NCBI RefSeq assembly: GCF_004010195.1
Contig: NC_057718.1
Location: 54,584,448-54,648,447 of the forward strand
Direction: 5' to 3'
Origin: Chiloscyllium plagiosum
Lineage: Eukaryota
Length of the DNA stretch: 64,000 nucleotides
Below, in pieces: positions 1-12,556 of this stretch (position 1 is its first letter; each line of letters opens with the position of its first letter). Both the position numbers and the translations under genes were made by a program. Below the pieces are notes generated by a model. It made no database searches. It saw only the letters and a program-made list of their open reading frames with translations, and was not told the origin of the DNA.

Positions 1-300
1 TCAGCCCGCTCGGCACACCAGCCTCATTCCTGAAGAAGGGCTTATGCCCGAAACATCGATTCTCGTGCTCCTAGGATGCTGCCTGGCCTGCTGTGTTTTT
101 CTAGCACCACATTTTTCAAAGCAGGTTCAAACAGAGATTGAATGAATGTATCTCAGCCCGCTCGGCACACCAGCCTCATTCCTGAAGAAGGGCTTATGCC
201 CGAAACATCGATTCTCGTGCTCCTAGGATGCTGCCTGGCCTGCTGTGTTTTTCTAGCACCACATTTTTCAAAGCAGGTTCAAACAGAGATTGAATGAATG
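1..300 (+). repeat. Exact tandem duplication (1-148 = 153-300, period 152) spanning a PLE terminal repeat/Gypsy junction
   Basis: Direct comparison of the two copies; each contains a hammerhead-like motif and the start of the Gypsy RT sequence. Confidence 0.9.
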
Positions 301-2980
301 CTCAAAGGCAACATAATCAAAATGAGTTGCAGTGACTGGTGCCAAACCCAGGTGGTACCAAACGATTATGAATGGAGTATCACAAAGTCAATGCAGTTAC
401 AAAGTCTGATTCATATTCCATTCCACATTTGGCAGACAGTATTGAGAATGGGACAAGTAACCTATATTTCTAAGTTGGACTTACTCAGGGGATACTGGCT
501 GTGATTCCTTTATCTGAAACAGCAGTTTTGGCTTTTGTGACTCTAAATGGACTGTATCAGTTTAAAGTGATGCCATTTGGTATTGTTACAACACGGAGTA
601 AACCCTCCTGTTAAATTTAAACCAGCAACACAGAAAAGATTTATCTTATCCCATGCAGTAATCTGTGAAAATTCAAGAGGCCAAGAACTATTTAAAGTAA
701 AAATTAACAACTTTATTTCTTAAAGTATAACAGAGAATAATTAACTAACAACTATTTACAATTCCTTCCTCTAACTTATCTTTTACCTTCCCTTCTATAA
801 TACTAGTCCGATAACAATCCCAATTAAGATTTACAGTTAAAGTCAAAGTCTAAAACTAGCTAGCAGTCGAATCTTCTCTTTATCTTCGTCGGTAGATTTG
901 CTCCCCAGGTCAGTGTTGAGGCTTTTTTCTGTGCAATCTCCTCTTGACAGGTACCTCTCAGAGAGTTCTGACTAGCAATCTGCAGCTGTTGGTCTGCTGG
1001 CAGTTCTCCTCCCAACTGTTCAATTTTCCCCAGTCTTATAACCCAAAGTATCAGATTATATCATTGGCTTTTAAGATTGTCAATATAATCAATTCAAATT
1101 TGATTAGAATTTGGTATTTTTCATGGTATAATTTAAACTGATTGGCCAAATTCAAATCTGTTTTGTCGTGTTCAGGCAACTAGCCGCCCCATTAGCTGGA
1201 GCACATGTTACATTGCGTCTTATTGAGAACACTTGGTGCTGTCACTGCTAGCTTTCACTCTCTTGAAGGTATAGTACACCCACATTTTCATAACAGAATG
1301 AAAAATGCACCAGCCACATTTCAAATATTAACCAATAAAATCATTTCTGGATTGCCCAATTGTGTGGTGTTCATCAACCTCCTGGTGATTTTTAGTTACA
1401 CATGGAAGGAACATTTGCAGCATCTATCAGAATTATTTGATTGGTTTTGTGATGTGGACTGGGTGATAAACGCAGCTAAGAATGTGTTTGTAAAAGCCCA
1501 AGTCATATTCCTGGGCCACGTTTTTGGACATGGATGGATGATCCCTCAGGATGTGAAAACAAAGTTATTGGAATTTTCCATACCTTCGATGAAGACAGGA
1601 GTACTACAATTTCTTGAATTGAGTGCTTCTTATTGGATGTTTTCCCAAATTATTACTGTGTGGTTGCTCCACTGACTGTCATATTGCAGGATTACAGAAA
1701 TTTTCAGTGGAAGGAGGACAGTCAGAGGGCATTTGACAGCCTGAAAGCTGTGTTAATGACTGCCCCAGTGTTAGCCGCACCTAAATTACACAAAGCCATT
1801 CAAGGTGGCTTTCGATGCAAGTGATGTGTGTGTCAGTGCTGTAGTCTTACAAGAAGAAATTAAAAGATAGAAAGGGTATTTTTCCAGAAAATTGAATGAT
1901 CATCTGCAGAAATATTCCATAACTGAGAGGAAAACTTTGAGCTTGGTGTTGGCGGTACAATTTTTCAATGTTTATATTCCCAGTAATCTGTCTTAGACAA
2001 TTCTATATATTGATTCTAACACATTGAAGCTTTTGGAGAAATATGAAGACAAAAAATCCAAACTGTTTAGATGGACCTTATTATTGCAGCCATTCAATTT
2101 GAAAATTATACATGTGGCGGGATGAGAGAATGTAATTGCCAATCCATTGTAGCAACTTTGATGAAGAAAGATGGAGGTGTTGAGTGGTAGGAATAAGCGG
2201 ACTGAAATAGACTGCAGTAAGTGAATGCTTAGAGTCAATGTAATGTATAAGTATTGTAGTGTACTGATAGGGTAAGACTAGTGGTTTTTAAAAATGAAGC
2301 CATCTTTGTATGTTAATGGTTCATTTCTAAAATAAAGGAGGGGGTTGTATTGATACTGCAACTTTAAGAGGTATCTTTTGTCCTTTTATTTGTAAAGACG
2401 GGTTTTAAGACAGATGTCAACGTATCTACTTCGAAAGCCAGTAAACAGCCTGTGAGGCCTTGGGGATATTTTAAAGTTGGAACAATCACAGTAGATGGGT
2501 GTGGCCAGCTCTCACAGACCAGGATTTGTAGGTTTGTTTTAGTTTTTCGGTTTAGCTTTAAGCAGTTGCTCTTGGAATTTCAACAGGGCAGAACATGTTG
2601 GAGTTTTGAAGAAATAGAAGCTAACTTTTCTCTCTCTCAGTTACAGCTGGAATTTCTATCTCAGACAAATCTATTTTCTGAATTTGCCTTTCTGCCAAGG
2701 GCTGTTACTACATTGGAACAGTAAATTACTAATTGTTACTGTATCTATTATTCTGTTAAGATATCAAATAGAGTTAAGTTACTCTAAGTTCTTTTCTCTT
2801 TTATTGTATTTTAACTGTAGTGTTTAAAGAAATTGTGTTTTGTTTAACGTCGAGTAGTTTGACCATCAAACCGAATCTGGAACACTGCACGTTACATTTC
2901 CCTTTAAAATAAGAAAAAGTTAGAATCGAGGCTATCTTCTAAAAATATTTTTGAGGGGGTCTGGTCTGGTCTGTAATACA
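271..2980 (+). mobile_element. Decayed Gypsy LTR retrotransposon (Gmr1-like): RT-RNaseH, PPT, 3' LTR
   Basis: YISKLDLLRGYW, MPFG|MKNAPATFQ, FLGH, LMTAPVLAAP and an ENVIA-type RNaseH end near 2160. Polypurine tract ends at 2345; LTR 2346-2980 is bounded by TGTATT...AATACA. Confidence 0.8.
584..1295. mobile_element. Solo LTR (712 bp) inserted into the Gypsy RT
   Basis: TGTTA...TAACA termini; interrupts MPFG|MKNAP exactly; 4-bp TSD gtat/gaat (1 mismatch). Confidence 0.75.
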
Positions 2981-3629
2981 TCCAAACAACCAAATCGTCA
3001 ATCTTCCTTCAATAACACTTTCCAAACAAATACTTTCTACCTCCAGGATGAACAAGGACAGCAGATACAAAACACCACTCACCTTCAAGATCCCCTCCAA
3101 GTTGAACATCATTCTGACCTGAATGTACATGCAGTTCTTTCACTGTCACCAGGTCAAAACCCTGGCAATTGCTTCCTTACAGCTTTGCAGGTATATCTAC
3201 ATCACATGGGCAGCAGTGTTTCAAGAAAATGATTCACCATTTTCTCAAGAGCAGTTAGAAATGGACAACAAATGCTTGCAAATGATGCCCGCATCCCATG
3301 AAAAAATACGAGATGAAAGATAACAGTGAAATAAAGGAAATACTATATTAGTTCAAAGAATAATGTCGATCTAGGGGCATAGGGGTGATGTAACGAATAG
3401 CAAACCAAGACAAAAATAGACTTTCAGAAAGGCATACAAAAGAACGTGTGAGGTTTATCAAGGTTAACATGCAATTTTGCAACTAAAAACAATTTGCAAT
3501 CAATGTGAGCCCTAAAATTGGATGAGTATTATTACGACTATAAATAAGAAAATGGCAGATCTGTTAAAAATTAGATAATTTTTCTCAGTTTTGAAAACTC
3601 TGTTTATAGCATGTGAATAAGCCTTCGTC

Positions 3630-4985
3630 TATCTAATACAAGAACACAAGAAATAGCAGCAGATGTAAATCATACAATCCATTGAGCCTGCACTGCCATT
3701 CAATATGATCTCGGTTGATTGAAGATTTCCCCTTGACTGCTCATCTCTCAAATCCCTTGAATTCACGAATGATGAAATTCTGTCCATATTGCTGTTAAAT
3801 GTATTGTATGATTGAACATCTGAAATGCTCTGGGGTAAAGAATTCCAAAGATACACAACACTTTGAGTGAAGTCATCTCTGACCTAAAAGGTAGGCCCCT
3901 TATCCTAAGATTTTACCTGTGCTTTGGATTCCCTGACCAGTAGACACAGCCTCTCAGCATCAACCATTTCAAGTCCCTTCAGGTTCTTGGTTGTTTCAAA
4001 AAGAATGCCCCTCAGTCATCTAAACTCGAAAGAACAGAGACCCAATTTAGCTGGCCCTTCATCAAGGAACCACTCTCTCTCACCTTTGGTGCCAATCTCT
4101 TGGAACCTTTGTTGTTCTGCTTTCAAAGCAAGTATTGTCTTCTTTAAATATAGAGACCAAAACTGCATACATTATTCCAAGCGAGGCCCCACCAAAATCC
4201 TGTACAGTCGTAACATGACTTCTTGTACCCCAATCCCTTGTATAAATGCCAATATGCAATTTACTTTTCTAGTTGCTTGCTGTATCTAGGTGCTAAGGTC
4301 CTGCGTTTCTCTTGCAAGTACATACAGGTCTGTCTGCAGATCAACAATTATATTTTCTGAACTTTAAAAAAAGTTACTGTTTCCCATTCCTACCACCAAA
4401 CTAAATAATCACATGCTTGGCCACATTGTACTCCAGGTGCCATTTTGTTGCCCACTCACTTATTCTGTCCATATCTCCCTGTTCTCTTTCTGTGCCCTTC
4501 TCATAACTTAGATTTCTGCCTGGCTTTGTATCATCACCAAACATAGACAAAGTACTTCATCTCTTCATCTTACTCATTAATATACTATAAATAGCTGAGT
4601 TTCCAGCACTGATTCTTGAAGAACAAGTCCATGTCTGCCAATTTGAAACACCCATTTCTATCTACTCTTTGCATCTGAATCCCTGAAAAATGTTAATGCA
4701 TTACCCAACTCCATGGGACTCTTACCTTTTCAAGTCTACCCTGCATATTAGTAGTGTTAGGTGTAGCACCTTATCAAAACCTTTCTGGAAATCCACATAT
4801 ACCTTTATCTACTCTACTATATAAATCTTCTAAACTCTAATGAATTTGTCAAAATGGATATCCCTTCCCAAAAATCATGTTGATTAGTTCGAATTAAGTT
4901 GTGTTTTCTTGCACTGTAAGAACTTCCTTAATAAAAGATTCCAGCCATTTCTCAACAATTGCTGTTAGGTTAACTGGCCTTTAGT
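3630..4985 (-). mobile_element. Old CR1 LINE 3' fragment
   Basis: Degenerate LWNSLPQ and CR1 RT/3'-tail-like sequence. Confidence 0.65.
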
Positions 4986-5042
4986 TTGCTTTGGATTTGT
5001 CAGATTTTAGTTCTGTAAGGTTTTTGAATACTCCCGTGCTGA

Positions 5043-8000
5043 TAGAGTCATAGAGTCATAGAAATGTACAGCAGGGGAACAGACCCTACGGTCCAACCTA
5101 TTCACGCCAACCAGATATCCCAACCCAATCTGGTCCCACCTGCCAGCACACGGCCCATATCCCTCCAAACTCTTCCTTTTCATAAACACATCCAAATGCC
5201 TCTTCAATGTTGCAATTGTACCAGCCTTTACCACATCCTGTGGCAGCTCATTCCATACATGTATCACCCTCTGCATGAAAACGTTGCCCCTTAGGTCTCT
5301 TTTATATCTTTCCCCTCTCATCCTAAACCTAGGACCTCTAGTTCTGGACTCCCCGACTCCAGGGAAAAGACTTTGCCTATTTATCCAATCCATGCCCATC
5401 ATAACTTTTTAAACCTCTATAAGGTCACCCCCTCAGCCTCCGACGCTCCAGGAAAAACAGCTCCAGCCTGTTCAGCCTCTCCCTGTAGCTCATATCCTCC
5501 AACCCTGGCAACATCCTTGTAAATCTTTTCTGAACCCTTTCAAGTTTCACAACATCTTTCCAATAGGAAGGAGACCAGAATTGCACGCAATATTCCAACA
5601 GTGGCCTAACCAATGTCCTGTACAGCCACAACATGACGTCCCGACTCCTGTACTCAATACTCTAACAAATAAAGGAAAGCGTACCAAACACCTTCTTCAC
5701 TTTGCTATCTACCTGCGACTCCACTTGCAAGGAGCTATTAACCTGCACTCCAAGGTCTCTTTGTTCAACAACACTCCCTAGAACCTTACCATTAAGTGTA
5801 TAAATCCTGCTAAGATTTGCTTTCCCAAAATGCAGCACCTCACATTTATCTGAATTAAACTCCATCTGCCACTTCTCAGCCCACTGGCCCATCTGGTCCA
5901 GATCCTGTTGTAATCTGAGGTAACCCTCTTTGCTGTCCACTACACCTCCAATTTTGGTGTCATCTGCAAACTTACTAACTGTGCCTCTTATGCTCGCATC
6001 CGAATCATTTATGTAAATGATAAAAAGTAGAGGACCCAGCACCGATCCTTGTGGCAGTCCACTGGTCACAGGTCTCCAGTCTGAAAAACAACCCTCCATC
6101 ACGACCCTCTGTCTTCTACGTTTGAGCCAGTTCTGTATTCAAATGGCTAGTTCTCACTTTATTCCATGAGATCTAACCTTGCTAATCAATCTCCCATGGG
6201 GAACCTTGTCGAACGCCTTACTGAAGTCCATATAGATCACATCTACTGCTCTGCCCTCATCAATCTTCTTTGTTACTTCTTCAAAAAACTCAATCAAGTT
6301 TGTGAGACATGATTTCCCATGCACAAAGCCATGTTGACTATCCCGAATCAGTCCTTGCCTTTCCAAATACATGTACATCCTGTCCCTCAGGATTCTCTCC
6401 AACAACATGCCCACCACTGAGGGCAGGCTCACCGGTCTATAGTTCCCTGGCTTGTCTTTACCGCCCTTCTTAAACAGTGGAACCATGTTTGCCAACCTCC
6501 AGTCTTCCAGCACCTCACCTGTGACTATCGATGATACAAATATCTCAGCAAGAGGCCCAGCAATCAATTCTCTAGCTTCCCACAGAGTTCTCAGGTAAAC
6601 CTGATCAGGTCCTGGGGATTTATCCATCTTTAACCGTTTCAAGACATCCAGTACTTCCTCCTCTGTAATCTGAATATTTTGCAAGATGTCACCATCTATT
6701 TCCCTACAGTCTATATCTTCCATATCCTTTTCCACAGTAAATACTGATGCAAAATATTCATTTAGTATCTAACCCATTTTCTGTGGCTCCACACAAAGGC
6801 TGCCGTGCTGATCTTTGAGGGGCCCTGTTCTCTCCCTAGTTACCCTTTTGTCCTTAATATATTTATAACAACCCTTTGGATTCTCCTTAATTCTATTTGC
6901 CAAAGCTATCTCATGTCCCCTTTTTGCCCTCCTGATTTCCCTTTTTAGTATACTCCTACTTCCTTTATACTCTTCTAAGGATTCACTCGATCTATCCTGT
7001 CGATATCTTACATATGCTTCCTTCTTTTTCTTAACCAAACCCTCAATTTCTTTAGTCACCCAACATTCCCTATGCCTACCAGCCTTCCCTTTCACCCTGA
7101 CAGGAATATACTTTCTCTGGATTCTTGTTATCTCATTTCTGAAGGCTTCCCATTTTCCAGCCATCCCTTTACCTGCAAACACCTGCCTCCAATCAGCTTT
7201 TGAAAGTTCTTGCCTAATATCGTCAAAATTGGCCTTTCTCCAATTTAGAACTTCAACTTTTCGATCTGGTCTACCCTTTTCCATCAATATTTTAAATCTA
7301 ATAGAATTATGGTCGCTGGCCCCAAAGTGCTCCCCCACTGATACCTCAGTTACCTGCTCTGTCTTATTTCCCAAGAGTAGGTCAAGTTTTGCACCTTCTC
7401 TAGTAGGTACAATTGTCTTGTACACACATAAGAAACTCCTCTCCATCTAAACCTTTAACACTATGGCAGTCCCAGTCGATGCTTGGAAAGTTAAAATCCT
7501 CTACCATAACCACCCTATTCTTACAGATAGCTGAGATCTCCTTACAAGTTTGTTTCTCAATTTCCTTCTGACTATTAGGGGGTCTATAATACAATCCCAA
7601 TAAGGTGATCATCCCTTTCTTATTTCTCAGTTCCACCCAAATAACTTCCCTGGATGTATTTCTAGGAATATCCTCCCTCAGTACAGCTATAATGCTGCCC
7701 CTTATCAAAACTTCCACTCCCCTCCTCTCTTGCCTCCCTTTCTATCCTTCCTGTAGCATTTGTATCCTGGAATATTACGCTGTCAGTCCTGCCCATTGCT
7801 ATGTCATCCCAGTCCCATGTTCCTAACCATGCCCTGAGTTCATCTGCCTTCCCTGTTAGGCCCCTTGCATTGAAATAAATGCAGTTTAATTTATCAGTCC
7901 TACCTTGTCCCTGCCCTGACAGCTTGACTCATTTCTGTTCTCAACTGTACCAGTCTCAGATTGATCTCTTTCCTCACTATCTCCCTGGGTCCCAACCCCC

Positions 8001-8647
8001 CCACCGCCACCTCCCCCACCCCCATCACCATAGCAAATTGTAGCAAATTTCCCTGCCAGTATATTAGTCCCCTTCCAATTTAGGTGCAATCCGTCCTTCT
8101 TGTACAGGTCACTTCTACCCCAAAAGCGATTCCAATCATCCAAAAGTGTGAATCCTTCCCCCATACACCAGCTCCTCAGCCATGCATTCATCTGCTCTAT
8201 CCTCCTATTCCTGCCCTCACTAACCCGTAGCACTGGGAGCAATCCAGATATTACTACCCTTGAGGACCTCCTTTTTAAATTTCTGCCTAACTCTCGGTAA
8301 TCTCCCTTCGGAATCTCAACCTTTTCCCTTCCTATATCGTTGGTTCCAATGTGGACAATGATCTCTTGCTGGCCTCTCTCCCCCGGGAGAACATTCTGCA
8401 CCCTGCCTGAGACATCCTTGATCCTGGCACCAGGGAAACAACACACCATTCTGCTTTTTCTCTGCTGGCCACAGAAACGTCTGTCTGTACCTCTGACTAT
8501 AGAATCCCCTAACACAATTGATTTCTTGGAAGCCTACGTACTCCTCATTGCATTAGAGCCAATCTCTATACCAGAAACTTGGTTGTTCGTGCTACATTCC
8601 CCTGAGAATCCATCACCCCCTACATTTTCCAAAACAGCGTACCTGTT
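5043..8647 (-). mobile_element. Near full-length CR1 (HER1-like) LINE: ORF1 SGNH esterase, APE endonuclease, RT; frameshifted
   Basis: ORF1 LGDSIVRG...HIGTND...DGLH (7886-8515); endonuclease GLYYRPPN, DFNFPSIDW, SDHN; RT PGPD, QHGF, DFSKAFDKVPH, PQGSVLGP, FADDTK; short tandem 3' tail (CTATGACT) at ~5043. Confidence 0.93.
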
Positions 8648-9700
8648 ACCTCAGTTTCCTCATTTCCTCTATTTCTGGTCTACTACGAAGATGATCATAA
8701 ACTATTTGTTCAATATTGTGGACAGTTATTCATTCTCCATGACAATTTCTCCTGTCCATGCTTCTAAAGCAGCTGCTTTCTCTCTTTTTATATACTTATA
8801 AAAGCTTTTATAGCTATTCTTCTATATTCCTGGGTAATTTGCAATCATGCTTTTCTTCCCCTTACCAACCTTTTGCTGGTCATTATTTGCTTTCTAAAAC
8901 ATTCTCAATCCTCAGACTTGACATTATTCTTTTGCAACATTCCTCAGCCTCTTCTTTTAATTTAATGCTATCTTTAAATTTCTGAGTGAGAAATTAATGG
9001 GTTTTTTTTTGCTGACGTATTGTCTCTAAGAATTTATTTATGGTGACCATCTTGAATTGTTTCCCTCTGTTTATTTGCTGCCATACTTCTACCATTAGAA
9101 CTTATTCATGTTTGTGCTCCACATAGGCCCCTTCCACCAATGCACCCCTACTCCTTCATCCAAGCCCATCAACACATCCTATTCCATTCTCCCTATTGTA
9201 TTTATCCCAGCACGTAAGGACTCTCCTAATTACCTCCTTATAATAGTGAGTTCCATCCTTCCAATCACTCTTGCCAAAGAGATGTTTGCAGAATATCCTA
9301 TTTGATGTATTCAAAACAATTTTGTATATATGGTCCTGGGTTCTAGTCTCACCCTTATCCTACAAAATCAATTTATAAACTTCAAAAATTTATATCCAGT
9401 CTTTTTTCCAGAGAAGAAAACCCACTGTCCAATTTTGCCTGATGGGCCTGGTTCTCGTATCATTTTTGTAGAACGTTTTTGCATCTTTGAGCGTTTGTAT
9501 CATGTTTTTCATAATATGAAGACCAGAACTGTTCATAATACAGAAACTACTCTTAATATTAGAGCTGCATTCATGAAAAATGTATCATTTAAATTAATCA
9601 GAGTTTTCCATTACGAAGTAAATCTGCAGTTAGGATCAGTGGGATCTTTCACATAAAAAAGTAATTAGAAGATTGTGCCTGTAATTTGGAATACTTTACA

Positions 9701-9777
9701 AAATTTTTCTATTTATAAATGAAATAACTTGAAATAAATTTTTCTATTTATAAATGAAATAACTTGAAATAAATTTT
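9701..9777. repeat. 35-bp AT-rich tandem duplication (2.2 copies)
   Basis: aaatttttctatttataaatgaaataacttgaaat repeated twice exactly. Confidence 0.9.
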
Positions 9778-10379
9778 AAAATATAAAATAAATATGCTCA
9801 TTCTTCATACCTCCAGCTCACCGCCCCCCTTTCTGTTCCCCCAGGTTGTTGGTTCATTGGCTTGTTGCTATGCCAGCTCCCCCACCCTCCAGCTTGCCAT
9901 CTGTCACATGCTCAAACTCTCTGTCTCAGCCTTGACCTTGTAGCTCTCCGTCTTTACTAATTGTGTTCACCAAACTTTTCTTCACGTTGATCATCCCTCT
10001 TCTAAACTTCCCTTTTTCCATCTTGGGGAAAGAAATTAAGGGTGTTGGGGAGAAGGGTCAGATAGAGGGTAGGCCAGGAAGAGGGAACTTCAGCAGTGAG
10101 CAAGACAGTTGTGAATGTGTCATGGTCAGTATATCTTTAAAAGATATGGTCATGATATCATCACTGTATCATAGCATTTGACCATGGAATATAAAGATCA
10201 AATGTTCCATTATAAATCAGATCACTTGAAACATGACACACTACTAGAAACATGTTACTTTTTGTCAAGCTTAACATTAACCCAGACATTGATGTGCCTA
10301 TGGATGTCATGTTTGCATATAATAGCTAGCCGTAATAAACATCTGCTGGAGTCTTCAATACTACGTTATCCATGTCCAG

Positions 10380-11410
10380 TTACTCATGCAACAGCTGCTG
10401 TCTCAAGGATTTCTGCATCAGAGCTTGAAATGTTCTGCACTTTCAGCTGTGATTCCCAACCAGTGTTCCTGTCTCCAGCAGCTCCTCCTAATATACTCCT
10501 TATTGTGCCACCCTTTCTGTCTGAGGTGTCTGGATCTAAGGGCATGCAAGGGTCATGTGACAGTGTATCTTCAGATTGTTGGTCCTTCTCTGAAGTCTTC
10601 ATAGGCACTTCCCTCATCTCTTCTGTCAGGACCAATGATGCACAGATGGTGAAAGTCAGGCATTCATGCTGATTATAGGTTCTATGTCAGTATAATTCAA
10701 ATCATGACATTTAAAATATTGCTGAGATCAATATGATTGACAGTGAAGTGGAAAGTGTCAGTATGCTAATGCTACAAGCTGGCTGTGATGAGCCTCTCCA
10801 CTGGCAATGACCTATACACCATGCCAATTTCCAGGGCTTGCTCCTCAATCAAAGTCAATGTGGACTTAGCTGCAGCTTCTCACTTTGATTCTTTGCCTCT
10901 CATTGAAGCTGTGAACTTTCCTTCCCAGGAATGAGGAAATGCTGAGTGTTAGGAGTGTAGTAAGTGAGCTAATGCTGAAAATGGAGGGCAATAATTTCAG
11001 GAAGGTTACTTTAAGGAATAAGCATGAAAGGGTAACTGAATGAGCTTAAATACGAACATTTACAGATTTGAGTAGAAAGTTGGAGAAAAAGGAATGTGTT
11101 TGATAATGAGATGTGCAGGTCAGAGGTGAGCTGTGCAGGAGACTGCTAGGGAGAATGATGGCTGCTCGGGCGGGAGAGTGATGGCTGCTCAGGCGGGAGA
11201 GTGATGGCTGCTCAGGCGGGAGTTGCAGGACTCACCTCACCAGACCTATCGAGATAATTAAACCATTTCTGCCCCAAGATCCAGGTCAGGATATCATACT
11301 CCAGCTGCTGTTCACCTCTGCAGCTATGTCTGCTTGAGCAAGCCTGGCTGGCTTCATCCTGCAATCCTCAGGGAAGACAACTTCACTTGGTGCCCTCACT
11401 TCATCAATTT
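10380..11410 (-). mobile_element. Decayed PIF/Harbinger-type Myb/SANT gene remnant
   Basis: Manual translation of ~11410-11237 gives IDEVRAPSEVVFPEDCRMKPARLAQA.DIAAEVNSS...TWILGQKWFNYLDRSGE followed by |gtgagt. A downstream piece reads LTLIEEQALEIG (~10860-10820), and an acidic ORF lies at 10384-10635. Confidence 0.5.
11149..11222. repeat. 23-bp minisatellite, ~3.2 copies
   Basis: Unit gggagagtgatggctgctcaggc. Confidence 0.9.
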
Positions 11411-12177
11411 ATCACCTGTGAATCAATTTGAGGGGGGGGGATTTATAGCTTTTCCATGATTTTCATCAACTCTGTAGGTCTACCTTCCTTCACACTCTTA
11501 TCAAATAAGCATTTGAATTAATAGCAGGAATAAGTGATTTGGCTGTTTAGCCTGCCCTGTCATTCAACAAGATCATGGCTGCTTTGATTGTAAGCTCAGT
11601 TCTATATTCCTGCCTACCTCCTGGTAGCTATTGACTTCCTTGTTCATCAAGAATCTATCTACCATGTATACTATAATCATTACATTGACAGGCACAACTG
11701 TTACCATTGACAGTACTGCTGGTTCCCTTTAAATGAAGATTCTTCGTCATTTGGTTAGCAATAAAGTCCATCCCCGGAGTGGTCAGAAAAGCAAGTGAAA
11801 TCACTCTGAGAAAAATCAACTGCGAGGCACACAAAAGCAATGTCTTTTTTATGGGCTTTTGTGGTGCACTGGTAGTATCATTCTTTCATCGTGTTCCTGA
11901 TCTGCAGGTACTAAGTTCACAAGATTCTGCTCAGTGTCCTAGGCTGATGACCCAACAATCACTAATTCATTCTGACAATCAGTTATCAATCTGAATCATT
12001 AACTCATTTTCTCTCTCCCTAGATGCTTCTAAACTCATTGAGTGTTCCCAGCATTTTCTATTTATATTTCAGCTTTAAAGCATCTGCAGCATTTGCTTTT
12101 CAAAGAAAATATGCTGACTGCTACTTATGCAACTTTGTTTTACTCTCAGTAAATGAAAATAACTGAAGCCACAGAAT

Positions 12178-12350
12178 TTTATTGATGAAATAAGTTGACA
12201 TGATTAGAACTGAGCTGCATTTCCGAAAGGTAGTGCAACTACAAAAGCCAGACTCAGTTTGTTGTCTGTTACAGCAGAGATTGTCATTGTTGAGACCTGT
12301 CAGTCCTTACTTTTCACAACATACATAACATTCCTGCATTGAGATTTATT
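12178..12350 (-). terminator. GPR75: Candidate GPR75 polyadenylation signals (AATAAA at 12345-12350 and 12178-12183)
   Basis: Two tttatt hexamers on + about 200 and 370 nt past the stop; the distal one is followed by U/GU-rich sequence on the minus strand. Confidence 0.5.
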
Positions 12351-12556
12351 AAAATCAAGCATTTCAGTTTAGCTAAAATGTTGTGTAAATATATATTTTT
12401 GATATGCTCATGCAAAGTTCATGCCTTTCTAATGTTCCATCAATGTATTTTGATGGTTATATGGCATTCATGTAAGTAAAGAACACAAGAGCTGATACCC
12501 TTTGTACAGTCACGATAAACTTCTCAGCTCCATCATTATACAATTATAGCATGTTG

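Noticed and set aside
1..300. Possible CRISPR-like repeat array
   Set aside because: Two long identical copies with no unique spacers, in a eukaryotic context with no cas genes.
1..12000. ERLEC1/ASB3 exons expected from mammalian synteny
   Set aside because: No recognisable exons found; the region is accounted for largely by repeats.
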